A stretch of DNA of 64,000 nt, from assembly GCA_050084985.1 (NCBI GenBank), contig JBITNC010000001.1, forward strand, positions 190,340,001 to 190,404,000, given 5' to 3'. Position numbers and translations under genes: made by a program. The stretch comes from Nageia nagi. Lineage: Eukaryota > Plantae > Pinophyta. Position 1 is the first letter of the stretch; every line of letters begins with the position of its first letter. Under the pieces are notes generated by a model. That model searched no databases, was not told the origin of the DNA, and was given only the letters and a program-made list of their open reading frames with translations. Shown piece after piece: positions 39,045 through 52,760 of the stretch.

Positions 39045-39240
39045 GAAATGTAGCCATGGTTATAGCTGAATATCTTCAAGGCCAACATTGAGGAGAAGTG
39101 ATGCACATAATTAAAATACTGTTACATGATACTATGTTGTGGAGATTCAAAAATGGTAAGATTTGGTAGCCCATGAGTATGGGGATTGGATGATATTGAA
39201 AATATCTAATGACTAGATTCAATTAGAGCACATAACATCT
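39045..39240 (+). pseudogene. Unidentified decayed coding fragment
   Basis: One frame reads protein-like: FKANIEEK*CT*LKYCYMILCCGDSKMVRFGSP*VWGLDDIENI**LDSIRAHNI. Confidence 0.35.
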
Positions 39241-40984
39241 TTATATGAAGTATACTCTAGCTTGCAATGATTCCAACATTCTATTATGTCTTATTTGGAA
39301 TTGTATGTTTGATTGTAATTTCCATAGTATAGAGTTTTCATCATAAACCCATGTTGTAACCAAATGTTATTGGGAATTTGATATGATGTTTGTGTCATTG
39401 AGTTTTATTTAGGGAATTAATAAATGAGAATACAACTGTATGGGTTTATTTTCATTATTAGGAATTGTAATACTATTATATATAGTGTTTGGGTGGTGTT
39501 TGGAGGATTTCCTAATGGTATTATGGATTTTTCTTTGTTAGAACCTACAATAAAGTGGATTAGTTATCTTTGGGATCAAGACATAACTTTCTGTAGACAC
39601 ATCCAATTGAGATGATTACTTTTCTATTTGATAGATTTTGAAGATAAATTTTCAAAGAGTATATGGATGGATACCTTTGTTAAATATTTAATCATCATTC
39701 TTGATGTTCTCACTTGAAATATTCTTATTATAAAACTATTACACTCTAGCACAAATGTTACACCTAGCATTGATGCTACACTCAATGTTAGAGTTGGATG
39801 GATATAAATTTTTTTTGGGGAAATTTAAGCATCATAAATGATTTTCTTGATGGTAAGTGAAGAGTAACGATCATTTGATGGTGATAATATAAGCTAGATT
39901 TATAAAACATCCTTGAGAATAATTTAGAATAGAAGGGAGGGTTGAAAACCATTGATAGATTGATTGAGAGGGGGATGGGAGCAACCACTTCTATGAAAGG
40001 TTGCTACCATTATTTGGATAAACCATGCTATTAAACTACAACCATAGAAGATTATTACTATTGGATGGGAATTTGACTAAGGTAGAGCATAGTTTTGTGA
40101 GAGCATTTTTCTGCTCATTACCATATTTGTTGTTGGATTGATGGAAAACATCATAACTTATTGATCAATATGTAATATACAGTGTAAAGTGAAAAATATC
40201 ATAATTATTTTATGTTATTATATATCATGTATTAGATAAATCATATACTGTAATGATGGTAATTACATTATGTATGAGCATATTGTATTTGTGAGAGATA
40301 TGATATGTATTTCTAGTGCATGTATTTATGCATATGTAAAGAATTTTATATGTAATTAGTTCATTATTTTCAAGATGAGATAGTGAATATCATAAAAAAT
40401 TCCCTTCATTATCAAAGTGGTCTAATAAGCTTGTTAATCTTTTAGTAAGATGGTGGGGGAACTAGATTTGGGATCACGAGATGGAATTGTAATGGATTAG
40501 ATTACTAATTATTTCCTGAGTTGTATTGAAATTAGCATCTTGGATAATATTTTGCAAACTAGTTTTATTTATCAAGTGGGGGTTGTAGAAAACCATGGGA
40601 GTTGAAGATGAAAGCCTTTTCTAAAGTTGACATATCTCTTAGACTACTCATAATTATAGCTTCTCTAAATTATTGATTAGTAATAAAGTCATAGATGTTA
40701 AAGTGTATGTATTCCTACAATAGGGAGAACCACTATATATATTTATGTTCTTATATGTGTTTTAAATTTTTAATACATTTTTTCAACCAATAGATAGTAC
40801 ACTAAATGACGTACATGAATTTTAATAGTCATAATTTTACCTTCTCTAGCATCGATGTTAAGAATAACATTAACATTGGGGTTACAAGTAGTTTTTCTTA
40901 TAAAATTTGAATCCATATTTAAAAAAATACAAAATATATTTGTATTAAAGGATCCAAGTAAGCCATATATGTTTAGTGATTACA

Positions 40985-41410
40985 AATCAGGTGCTCCTTA
41001 TTATAATGGAGAAATTGGATCAAATAATGGAACTATATAAATTATGTCCTTAGGTAGTGAAGAGAATCAAAGTGATTTACAAGTATTGTTGTGTGGGATG
41101 TTGAAAGTAATTGTATATAAATTAGGAGGTATAGAAGGAATAAAATATACTATTCAATAATATGTTGACCAAATGATGGCTCTATTTCTATAAGTATTTA
41201 CTTATAAAAGTGCCACAGTACATGATGAAGTTATGTTGGTCATAGGTGCTCTTATTTATGTCATTGAAATCCTAAATTTATTAAGTATATTCCATATTTC
41301 TACAAGTATATTGAAATATATCTATAAAATTTTGAATAATATCAAGTTTGTGCAATAATTGTAGATGTGGTAGAGGATATTTGTTGTGCTTTAGATAAAA
41401 AGTTCCTCTT
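40985..41410 (+). pseudogene. KPNB1: Importin subunit beta-1 internal fragment
   Basis: QSDLQVLLCGMLKVIVYKLG...YVDQMMALFL*VFTYKSATVHDEVMLVIGAL...FYKYIEI.L.NFE*YQVCAIIVDVVEDICCALDKK matches plant importin-beta HEAT repeats as recalled. Confidence 0.85.
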
Positions 41411-41689
41411 AATGCTCAATTCAAATGAAGCATTCAATTTTAAGTCAAGATAGTGTATTAAAAATTTACATCAATATTGGGTTAGTAAGTTAGTCAATCA
41501 TCAATACTTCATATCATCAACATGAAAGATAAATAATCATGTATAATTTTGTTCAATTTCAAACTAAAATATAAAATACAAGCATGAATTATAAATTAAT
41601 ACACATATCATTGGTATAGAACATACTTATTCTACTTTAACATCCCATCTAAATAATTATGATATTTATTACACAATACTCAATAGTAT

Positions 41690-42260
41690 AGTATAAATGC
41701 ATGCAAGGAATTTTTGTAGTAAGGAAGCCACAAAACTATTTGAAGAAATGGGATATGTAGGCATTAATCTACATGATGTTACATTTTTAGTGTATTATCT
41801 ACATTTCTACATACATGTCTAGTGATAGAGGGTTATCAATACTTTAAATAAAAATCCATGAATGATTATTATCATATTACACCTACAATGGAACACTATA
41901 TATCTATGGTTCACCTTCTTGGCTATGTTGGGTGTCTAGATCAAGTAAAAGACTTTATCAATAACATGTCAATAAAACTTGTTACTACAATGTGGACTTG
42001 TTTACTTGGTACCTTTAAAATTCATACAAAAGGACTATGTATCATTTGACAAAATGTAAAAAAGAGGGATACCATCTCATGGACTATAATGATTATAGGA
42101 AATTCCCATATTGAACTTCTTAAGGAAGTTGAAAATATTTTTAGGAAAATGTAACAAAAGAGACACAATCTCATGGAATATAATGATAATAGGATATGCA
42201 TATAAGAAGTATGGTTTAGAGGCTATCAAGTTTTTTTATAAAATGCAATTGATAGGTTTA
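41690..42260 (+). pseudogene. PPR fragments (P2-L2-S2 then a further PPR motif)
   Basis: MNDYYHITPTMEHYISMVHLLGYVGCLDQVKDFINNM..WTCLLGTFKIH then RDTISW motifs. Confidence 0.85.
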
Positions 42261-42439
42261 TCTAATTTTGCATAAATTAATTTTAAGAATAAAATTAAAA
42301 GAAACTACATTATACATGTTATTTATGAAAAAAATTATCCCTAGATAACCATAAATGGAAAGTTGTATTTGAATGTCTTATTTTAGTTTCTTCAATTCAC
42401 TATGAAAAACTTACACCTTACATGGAAGACATCTTCATG

Positions 42440-42530
42440 ATATATTACACCAAACTATACTATACAAGAATGATAATATGAGTATAATATTACACCAAAA
42501 TATATTATACAAGTATGATATAAGTATATC
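42440..42530. repeat. ~45-bp tandem duplication
   Basis: atattacaccaaa...tatacaag..tgata twice. Confidence 0.75.
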
Positions 42531-42924
42531 ATAGTGGTATAACCATAAAAATTATATAGCTATCATATGATCTATATGACATGATATGTTAGTATCTATG
42601 TTTATATTTATTAAAAACCATGTTATGGATGTTGTATTTGTTTATATTGATAGCCTTATTATGCAAGAATATGATGTATAGTCAAGCAACACACTAGTAC
42701 ACATCATAGAATGATAGAAAAAGAGGTTCAATAATATGGATAGTAAAGTCAAGCAGCATAGACACCAAAAATTAAAGTGTGTTTCTTCACTTTATGCACA
42801 CCTTGTTGGACCTCTCTAATGATATTCAATATTTAATATGTATGAGGATCTAGTATCTTGTTGAACATCATATTTAATTCAATTATATGTTGGTTTCTTT
42901 CACATGTAATTATGATAATAACCT

Positions 42925-44185
42925 TGATATATGTGTGTGCAAAATGTGGGAGCATTAAGATGATAAGGGTTTTATTTGATAAGAAGAACTATAAATAAAT
43001 AAGTTTTTGGGATACAATGATTGTTGTATATAGAAGGAATGGTTAAAGTACTTGAAATTCATCAAACTAAATGAAGAAATGGAATATATGGTATTAATTT
43101 AGGAAATGTTATATTTTACTTTATTATGTACATGTTATGGTATTAATAATTATTATCGTATTTCACTTACAATGGAACACTCACATATGGTTGAATGTCT
43201 TGGTTCCATTGGGTATTTAAATGAAGCAAAATAATTTATAAATAATAAGTTATACTTAGATTGGTTTTCATGAGGCATCATGCATACTCTTTCATAAAAT
43301 GCAACAAAGAGACATAATCTCACGGGATACAACTATCATGGGATATGCATAAACTAGGCACTATGGTTTGGAGGCCCTCAAGTATTTTTAAAAAATGTAA
43401 TTAATTGGTTTCAAACTAAATTCAATAACCTTTGCAAGTATTCTTCTTGTATGTATAATGTTTTGCAACTTTAAAACAAGGCATGGATGTTCATAGATAA
43501 ATAACTAGATGTGGGTTTATTTTATATACAATGGTGATAACAATCTTGATAGATATATATACAAACTATGTGAACATTAAAAAGGAAAGTTTCTTTTGGC
43601 AAGGTGCATGATGGATAATCAATTTCATGGAATATAATAATCATAGGATATGCAAGGAATGATTATAGAAAGGAAGCCATTAAACTATTTGAACAAACTG
43701 AATATTTGGGCACTAGTCCATACAATGGTACATTAGTTATTGTATTATCTTCTTGTAGCCATGAAGGTCTAGTGAAGAAGGGTTATTAATAACTAACATC
43801 CATGAATGATTATTATTGTATTATACCTAGAACACTATACATGTATGGTTGACCTTCTTAGTCATATTGGACATCTAGATGAAGAAAATAAAAATAAATA
43901 ATATGCTAATAAATCCTAGTGTTGCATTGTAGACTTATTTTCTTGGTTCTTATAGAATTCAAAAACCCTAACCCCTCATATTTGATTTCTTAGCTCTGGA
44001 AAGGGTTTACGAGTTTACCTCATAAATGCTACTAAGTGGAAGTGGTATCCAACCTAATGAATTCACCTTTACTTCCACCTTCCTACTTATATACACCTTC
44101 CTACTTATGCAAGCTCAACCTCTTTGGAAGATGGTGTAGAAATCCATCAAATAATAATAAGAAGTGGCTTTCAATGGGGCTAAAT
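42925..44185 (+). pseudogene. Further chained PPR fragments
   Basis: AKCGSI, RDIIS, NSITFASILL, ISWNIIIIGYARN, SCSHEGLV, MVDLL, PNEFTFTS, GVEIHQIIIRSGF; paralogous to 38225-38712 and 41690-42260. Confidence 0.8.
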
Positions 44186-45714
44186 GGAGTAAATGATGTT
44201 GTGTTGAAATGTTAGGTGATTTGCACCTAAAAATTCTATTGTTCCTATGTGACCATGTTCCCATATCACCCTATTCCCACCTTTGACCATTGCAAGGAAA
44301 ATTTTAAGACCCCTCTCTAAGACATGACTTTTAATAGGAGGAGGATCAATCTCAAAACTTGTTTGAAAATGAGGTGATCAATTTTGAATTATGTTATACT
44401 TTTTTAAAAAAGGGGAAAAAATATGAATATAAGGTGAATAATCATTCAAATACTTAATTGATATATTTTGTTTTCTTGTCTCAAGAAATTTTAATGTTAA
44501 AATTTAAAGTATAATGATAATGATACAATTGTTCTCTTCATTTTTTTAATGTATATTTAATTTTTGTTCATTTCTTGTTTAATCCTTTATGTTTTTCTTG
44601 GGTTAGTTTTTAATAGAGAAAAACTTATTGCATGCTTTCTTTATTTAGATTTAACATGTTATGAAATCATTTAATGGACATATGCATTGTCATTATAAAT
44701 CCTTTGTAAGAAAAACCTTTTAGTTAATTAAAGTTACGATGTACTTAATTATTGACTTATGAATGAGGATTTTTATTTTTTTTAAGAAGCATTATTAATG
44801 ACCGAGAAAAAGATAATGATGGTCTCATCATCATCAAAGGTAAAAGTATTATAATTTTAATAGCATAATTATCTATTGTAATATTCCCTAAAAATGATAA
44901 TAAGTAAGGATTAAATATTCTATTAGTTTTATATTGATTTATGCAACTCCACAATGGAAGAATCAACCATTAGATTGAACACAATGAGAATAGTAAAGCA
45001 CAGTTAAGTCACACACACACACATGTTCCCTATAATAGATGACTATATCAATGATATTTTTAATTTATAATTTCAAAGCGTATAACGACTAAACATGTTC
45101 TAAATGCAGGTGTATTTTTCTATAAAAATAAAGAAATAAATAAAATTAGGGCAAACATGTTGGAAGTAGAACCCGCCTAAATAGCCAAATCTGAAATTTA
45201 AAATCTTGAATTTTAGCCATATGGCTATGGATTGACCACTACACTAACATTTTCTTTGGACCACTCTTAAGCTTTCTATGAAGTTCATTTTTATCAACCA
45301 CCCTCTTATATTCTATTAACCACTCTCTTATATTCTATTAGGAGGAGTTAAAACTTCCATAAAACATAATTGTAAAGACCATTTTTATATAGTGTTTAAG
45401 AACATTAACATTTGAATCTTTCCTTAAAAAAAATCAACTACTTAAACAATTAAACTTTTATAAATAAAAATTAATATTATTATATTATAATATTAAACAA
45501 ATAAAATAAAAGAATATATTTCAATTACTATAAAATCAAACACTGATAAAAAATAAATATCTTAACACTTGAAAATTACATTAAAAATATAAAATAAAAT
45601 TGGATAGAAAACAAAACCAATACAAAGTAACTTAGTTCTTAAATTTATTTTTATCTTAGATATAAAATTTCATATTGATGTTGATATTGGTAGGCATACT
45701 TTTTTTTAAAAAAA

Positions 45715-46190
45715 TTTTCATATCTACTTTAAACATGATAAACATCATTTTTTTATATATAAAAATATGTGAAAAATAATATATCTAACGTATGAAATGT
45801 CATCTTAGACATGTATTACGGGAGTTGGAGAGGAGTGGGTAGTTGAAAACTCTCATCTTGAAAAAGAGAGATTCCAAGTTGAAAATTCTCTCCCTCACAT
45901 ACATATGGATATGTTAAATAAAGTTAATAGTAGAATCAAGATTCAAAGTTTCACTCCTTGTTTCCAACAAAAAAATTGATATATAATTATTTCATATTTA
46001 CTTTTAGCATAATAAATTTACTTTTTTTAATATAAAAACATGTGATATGTAATATATCTAAAATATGAAATTTCAGAAATTTGATATAAAATTATTTCAT
46101 ATCTACTTTAGACCTGTTAAATCATAATTTTTTATATAAAAACATTTGATAAATAATATATCCAAGATACGAAAGTCATCATTGACATGT
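45715..46190. repeat. Three diverged ~105-bp copies downstream of the monooxygenase
   Basis: tttcatat(c/t)tacttt...aatatatc at ~45716, ~45990 and ~46095. Confidence 0.65.
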
Positions 46191-46539
46191 GATAAATTTG
46201 ATAAAATATATAAAGCAAAAAAGGGTAGAATACAACAGCTATATAAAATAAATTAGCATGATTTAGAAGATCTTAAAAGCATGCAATAGTCCAAAACACT
46301 TGTTTCTTTCATTCTTTCAATATCAATCTTCTTTAAGATTATAATACTTGTGAAATGTTGTCTTTAAACTGTTGTAAGATGAAAGGGTACAGTACCCTGA
46401 CATTGACTCAAACCATTCCTTACACAGAAACAGAAACTTCAAACTTTCTTATCATAATTCTGCTCGTTTTTATCTAATTTTTATTATCATTTCCACAGAA
46501 ATATGGAGGGTGGATGCGAAAGCAACTCGATCTCTGGTA

Positions 46540-48297
46540 TTATTTAGGAGATGGTTCATCAGATGAGATATGGCTTGCCACAGGCAGAGTTCCGCAGTCA
46601 TACTTCGCAAAATACAAGAGATACGACATAGATAACAACGGGAAGAAAATTCTGTCACGAATCAAACGCATCAATTTAGAACACCCATCTTGCATATTTC
46701 CTATCATGGACGCTGCACTAATAACCGAACACATTCTCCATCTCCTCTTCTGCAGGTATTTGTTGAAGCAGGACTCCACCTTTTCCTCGGTTTGGCTTCC
46801 CCATTCTGCCATGTTTAGGCCGGGCATGGCCTCGCCCAGATATCTGGTCAGAAGCACAGCGTCCTCTAACGCCGAGCATGCACCTTGCCCAAGATCAGGC
46901 GTCATTGGATGCAGAGCATCTCCCACAACTGTCACACTTCCCTTTGCTCGGACCTTCTCCCACGGCCACATCCACCTCATTTTCATCTCTGCCAAATTAA
47001 ACGTCTCTGCAGGCGTTAGTTTTATTATCTCTGCAATGGGATCTGGGAAATCGCGCACCATCTCCAAAGCTGCGCTTCTAAGTCTATCCCCATCGCCAGA
47101 AATTTTAGCATCTGAACAAATCCCAGATAAAGTTAAACCACTCATTATTAGTGTTATAACAAGGTTTTATGAAACGAGGCATAAGCACGTACGTTGTGGG
47201 TGGGAACTGGTGGTAATAAACCAGTAAACTTGTTTGTCTGTACAGGGAATGAAACCTGCCCTTAATCCTCTAGCCCATATCTGAACCATGAGCTTCTCCA
47301 GATTATGGATTTCTGGGAATATTCCCATTCCCCTAAGGGCAACGCGCCCAGATGACCTAGCTGGTGCTAAACCCATCCAGCTTGCGACTCCAGAGTGAAC
47401 TCCGTCCGCACCTATTACTATCTGCCCCCGACATGACATTACATTGAGTTTTATTAGGATTTTTAATGGTGCAAAAGTAGATGCTTATTTATTTACCTTA
47501 GCTGCCATGGAGGTTCCATCTGCAAGTTGAAGAGTGGTGAAAGGAGATGATTTGTTTTTGTGAATGGAGACAACTTTGGAGTTGAATCGGATGGTCCCTT
47601 GGGGCAGTGCTTTCGCAAGCACTTGCAGAAGTGCCATTCTTTCTACGCAACGTGATTCCAGCTTCAAACTTGCTCCCCTGTAGTCAGTCACCCATTGGAA
47701 ATAATATTAATCGTCTTGTATTGTAACCAGAACCCCTAAATTTTTCTTAGAGCTACAATTATACATAAACCATATGTTTGGTTACCCTTTGCCATCCTTC
47801 TTCAGCGGGACATCTTTCTCGACTCCGGTACAGTTTGAACGGCCACGAATTCTGCGTAAACAAGTAGATTGAATCTGCGTTCATGCAATTGTTCTTTTCT
47901 GATTGAACAAGAATAGATGTGAGTGTTACCCATCAAGTAGGAGGTAGTGTGTGCGTAGCGTTTGGGCGACACCGAGAGCATCAAGCGCTTTCCAGGCATT
48001 GACCCACAAAATGAAGGCCGCACCCGCAGTACGAAGACATACAGCCCGTTCAAGTACAACACTTTTCAAACCTATCCTGATGGAAGGAAGCAACAACCCC
48101 TGTGTCATCAGTCCATCAAATTACCAATCACATAAATAGAGGAGAAGAAAAAGAGATGGAGAAAAGAATGATTGAGAAATGGACCTATGGAGGGCAAGAG
48201 CAGTGGCGAGGCCCGCAACACCACCTCCTATAATGACTATATCAGCTTGGATTTGGAGTTGAGCATTGTCCATGGAATGCTGGTACTTTTGCTCCAT
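46540..48297 (-). CDS. FAD-dependent monooxygenase (plant MO1/MO2/MO3-like aromatic-ring hydroxylase family), 6 exons, 435 aa
   Basis: Exons 48297-48185, 48076-47930, 47851-47786, 47677-47497, 47421-47193, 47111-46540, all GT-AG, total 1308 nt in frame; GGGVAG, IGADGVHS and VGDALHPMTPDLGQGACSALED motifs; alternative ATGs at 48273 and 48372. Confidence 0.93.
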
Positions 48298-51200
48298 TTC
48301 CTGCGTTGGCGAGAGACAGAGAGTGAAGATAGAGGTGGATAGTTTTATGGGCACGGAAGAGGGATACATCATATCCGAATGGACCGCTCTTGGTGGCGTG
48401 GAGGCGGTGGACCAGGCTTCAACCGAAAGATACCAAATAATGCAAACTGGCGTTCTTTCCCACAATTTAAGTTCTCAATCATACTGCAGCCTTTGATTAT
48501 TTAAAATCATTAAATGTATTTTTATTTTGAGAAGAGTTTTGTTGAGATTCTTTTTCACGAGAAAGTCAGAAATCACTGGAATTAAATTCTGCGATTTAAA
48601 AGGTATTAATGTTCGTATTTATCATCAGTTCAATAAGATTTTTGGTATGTTTCTATAGGTAATGGGAAACTTGGACCTTCATTTCTAGGATTACTATGCT
48701 TAGTTATTATTGTTTTCTCTATATCCCTTATGTACCATGGTTCACTAGTTTGAGTCATGTTGTTATATCAATTTTCATTTCTCATTGTCAATTTCTATTT
48801 ATCATTTGTAGAAAAAGTAATTTATTATTGATAAGAATTTTATTTTAACTACATTTTTGGTAAACCTATATTGTAATAAAAAATAAGGTGTAAACACTAT
48901 AAAATTGTATATTTATCTTATGATGGTGTTTCATAGGCATTTATGGTACTTATAATATCATATCGTAGTAACTTGTGATGCAACGTTCCTTGTAGGTTAA
49001 TTTGATGACCCTTTTGGCACTTTGATACTTTTTACACTATATGCTAGTTGTTTAGATGATTTGCTAATCATTTGGATGATCTTGAAGGATTCATAATCCT
49101 TCGAATGATCCTTACTATGTTATTTATAAATATATGATATGGGCTCCATTTCTTAGAAATAACACTTCATTTTCATGAGCACTTTTTGAGATTTGACAGT
49201 TTGAATATAAAATCTAAATTATGAGATCACTTTTAAAGGATAATTAGTTGGGGTTTCACCATAGAGCTTCATCACATATCATTCAACCTCAATATATCAT
49301 CCTATTCATGATGGATTGACGTAATGGTATCCTTTATTGATTGTTTCTGATAATATTGGATCTATTAAGGTTTTGGACAAATTTGAACTATAGTTTGGGA
49401 TCTTCATCAACATCTTGTATCCTCCTTTAGATATATTAATTAATTTGTGTACATCATTATATGGCATAGTAGGCATACCCTACCCAGGTTTTGAATTTAG
49501 GCTATGGACATAGGAATTGGAATTAGGGTTTATACATTTTAAGCATTATTTTGTAGATCTATTGTATTTAGATTATTTATTTTCCTATAATCTTGATCAT
49601 AATACATTGTTATCAAAATTTTTTTCATTCATTTATCATAATCTTGCATTAAATATTATCAATAAGCTTTGGATATTGTAACATCATTTTTCAAATACAA
49701 TGTTATCTTGCATTTTAGGCATAAAGATCATTTCTACCACCTTTGTGATTAAAGGCTAGGAGACCTACTATCTTGTTGAGCTAGGGCCTTACCTTGCTTG
49801 AGAAACTATAAAGTCTTAAGGATTTATGATTTAAGGTCTACATCAACATTATTTATTTTCCTTTTAGGTCTATAGATACAATTTACACATCAAGACTTCA
49901 AGACTAAGGACTTCATTTTCAGTTTCTATATTTTGTTAATTCATCACATCATAGGAAAATGTAGTGGTAAAGGTTAAGTTCCTTGAGGTTATTAACAAGG
50001 TGTGTTGAGTGATCTAAGTGTAGTGAATTAGGCTTTACAAAATGGTGATCATAGTGGTACCTCCTTGGTTCTAGATTTATAAATCCAAAATGAGTTTTCT
50101 AGCCTCTTGTCATTGCTTTTACGATTTATTATTTTGGACATTTCACATTTCTTGGTGAGTTTCAAAGACTCATTTTGTATGCAATTTGTAGGAAATCTAA
50201 ATGGGAAGGTACAAAGCTAGATTTGAAAATTTTAAAGCCTTAATCACTCTTCATACCAATTCAAACTTCTTCCAAGCGATTTTAACTACAAATTGTCCCC
50301 CTATGTAACAATTTTGCAGATCATCTAAATGACTATACAATCATCTTGTAGCCAGATGATTCTACCTATTTTTATACTATTATTAATTTTTGAGAAATAT
50401 TAGGTATTTTGTATAGTCTTATATTTGTATCTAGGTGACATGAGTCCCCTATTAGGTTTATCTATGATTTTTGTATGTCCTTATCATAAGATTCATCATT
50501 TTATCCTTGTCATAGGATTTTATTTTGCATTTTTATTCAATTATTATTTTTAAAATCTCTAAATGCACTTATGGTCATCCAAATGACTTTTTATCATTCA
50601 TACAATTGGCACTATCTTTCATAGTCATCCTTATAGTGGATGATTATGAAACAAAGTATTGTAAAATAGAGTTTGCATCAGAAATTCTATGATCATTGAT
50701 TGGAACTAGAATCTCCAAGTTGGTTCTTAATCTTTGTGTATTCTCTAATGCATTAGACTGATTAGTTGGGTGCATACCTAGGTTTCAATTTGTGTATGTT
50801 TACATTAGTGAAAGTGTTACTTATCATCTTTGGGTGGGAGTGACTATTATCTACTTGAAGGAATTAAATTACCCTTTTGCATTATCATAACATTGCATCA
50901 TTATTATGTTTATTGTATTGAGTCTAATTTCATACTCCTAGGCTTCTACCGAGGAACATGTACCTTCTCCCCATAGACTCACCCATCCTTGAATTTCATC
51001 ACCAAAGTGGGCACCCTCCTATTCATGGCATCATCATATAGGGGGTACCTGTGACACCCTTATAAATTGTTCTACACCCCTAGAAGATTGAGCTTTTACC
51101 TTTTAAATTCTTATCTAGATTTATCATTAAGGGAAAATAAGATAGGTTTTGTTATAATTTTCATTGCATTAAAATAAACTCTTATTAAGAAGAAAAATTC

Positions 51201-52076
51201 TCAAATTGAATGAAGAAGCAACTAGAAAAATAATAAAAAATTGTTATTTATCACTATCGTTATCTTTATCATATAGGCTTTTATATTTTGAAAAGAGCAT
51301 ATTATATATGTTGAGTGAATTACATTTTATACATAAAAAAGATTTTAAACAAGATTTAGACTTGTTGTTTATTTTCTTTTGTTGTTTTGCATTATTACAA
51401 TCTTACACAGGTCTTTACTTACTTGTCTAAAGTCTTATATTGAGGTATCCTATCCTACCTACACTACATACACACCATGGATGAAAATACTTGTTATGTA
51501 AACATGGTAGAAACTAGGGAATAATATAGGCTAAGAGAGATTAAGGAAGGGAAACAACAAAATAATACAAATCCAACAAATCCTATTCCTAGATTATACT
51601 TGATACAAAACCAATTAGTAACCCAAACCTCACTTCACTCACATAACATATAGTCATTTCCTCCACCTCCACCTCCACCTAACCATTCATTTAGTTAAAA
51701 GTTACAACAATTTCATTTCTTGGAGTCCATGCCAAAGCAGGATGAGGTAGATCATGAGTCACATCTTCATACTAGTAGTTCTCATATAGGAGGTCAACCT
51801 AGTTAAGAGCAACCCATATCCTAATATGAGATTTTCATGACTGACCCCATAGTTAAAACCTTTTTCAAGGAGTTTTAGGATGCAAATATGTCCCATAACA
51901 TCCTCCTAGTAGAGCACCTACACCTTCTGATATATCTGTTATAGAGGTGACCTATTCAGACATACCCTTACATGAGTATGAGGAAGGCCCATCATTTAGC
52001 AATTCATATGGAATTATTATAAAGGATGTGCTTACATCATATACATTACCATCACAGTCATTACATTCCTCCTTAC

Positions 52077-52683
52077 TGTTGAAAATGGAGACTATAGCCA
52101 ACCGGCCAGACCCTGTCAGAACTGGCCAACTGGCCAAAATAGAGAGCATTTCTTTTCTCGTTTGACACCAAATTTCAGTTGCCAAGAAGCCATGACACTT
52201 GGATATGAGTTACTGAAGGGTTGGGGGTAACCTCATGACCTTCTAGATCCAGCTTGGGTTTAAGTTGGGTTTGTTTGTATTTATAAATAAGAGGCTTGAG
52301 TTGAGGCATATAGATTGAAGTTTGTAAGTAGTTTTAGCAGCAGTTGTGAGTTGCTTGTAATTGTAGTTTGGTGGCTTATGTAGATAGCATGAGAGAGAGA
52401 GATTGTAGTGAGGCTTTGTTGTATCTCCAAAGTGAAGGTTGTAGCAAGGTTGTGCTGCTGGTTTGTTTCTTGGAGGACTTGGAAGAATGTTATGCAAAAG
52501 GGTTGAAAGCTTCTCCGTGGATGTAGCCTACATTGGGTGAACCACGTTATCTCTTGTGTCTCTCATTGTGTGATTGATGTTCATAGTTGTTTGATTTCAG
52601 TATGCTTGAATGTTGTTTTTTTTTGCCAAGGAGTAGGAGAATTATTGATGCTCTTGTTTATATGAAATTATTGAATCCTAACA
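52077..52683 (+). repeat. Copia 5' LTR (607 bp)
   Basis: tgttgaaaatggag...gaatcctaaca; direct repeat of 56698-57312. Confidence 0.97.
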
Positions 52684-52685
52684 AG

Positions 52686-52696
52686 TGGTATCAGAG
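52686..52696 (+). other. Primer binding site (initiator tRNA-Met)
   Basis: tggtatcagag two bases after the 5' LTR. Confidence 0.95.
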
Positions 52697-52760
52697 ATTG
52701 TTGTTTTGTTGGGATTTTGTTGGTGAATCTTGTTTGTAGATTGGAACCAAGAAGAGCACT

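Noticed and set aside
46514-47227. 237-aa plus-strand ORF
   Set aside because: Antisense shadow of monooxygenase exon 6; no motifs
48298-48465. Longer N-terminus for the monooxygenase
   Set aside because: Begins at TTG and spans a TATA-like cataaaa and pyrimidine-rich leader; ATG 48297 gives a family-typical length, although ATG 48372 is not excluded
51021-51045. Possible LTR end and PBS of the Tat element (ttca tggcatc...gggg)
   Set aside because: Too degenerate to assign a tRNA, and the partner LTR is outside the window
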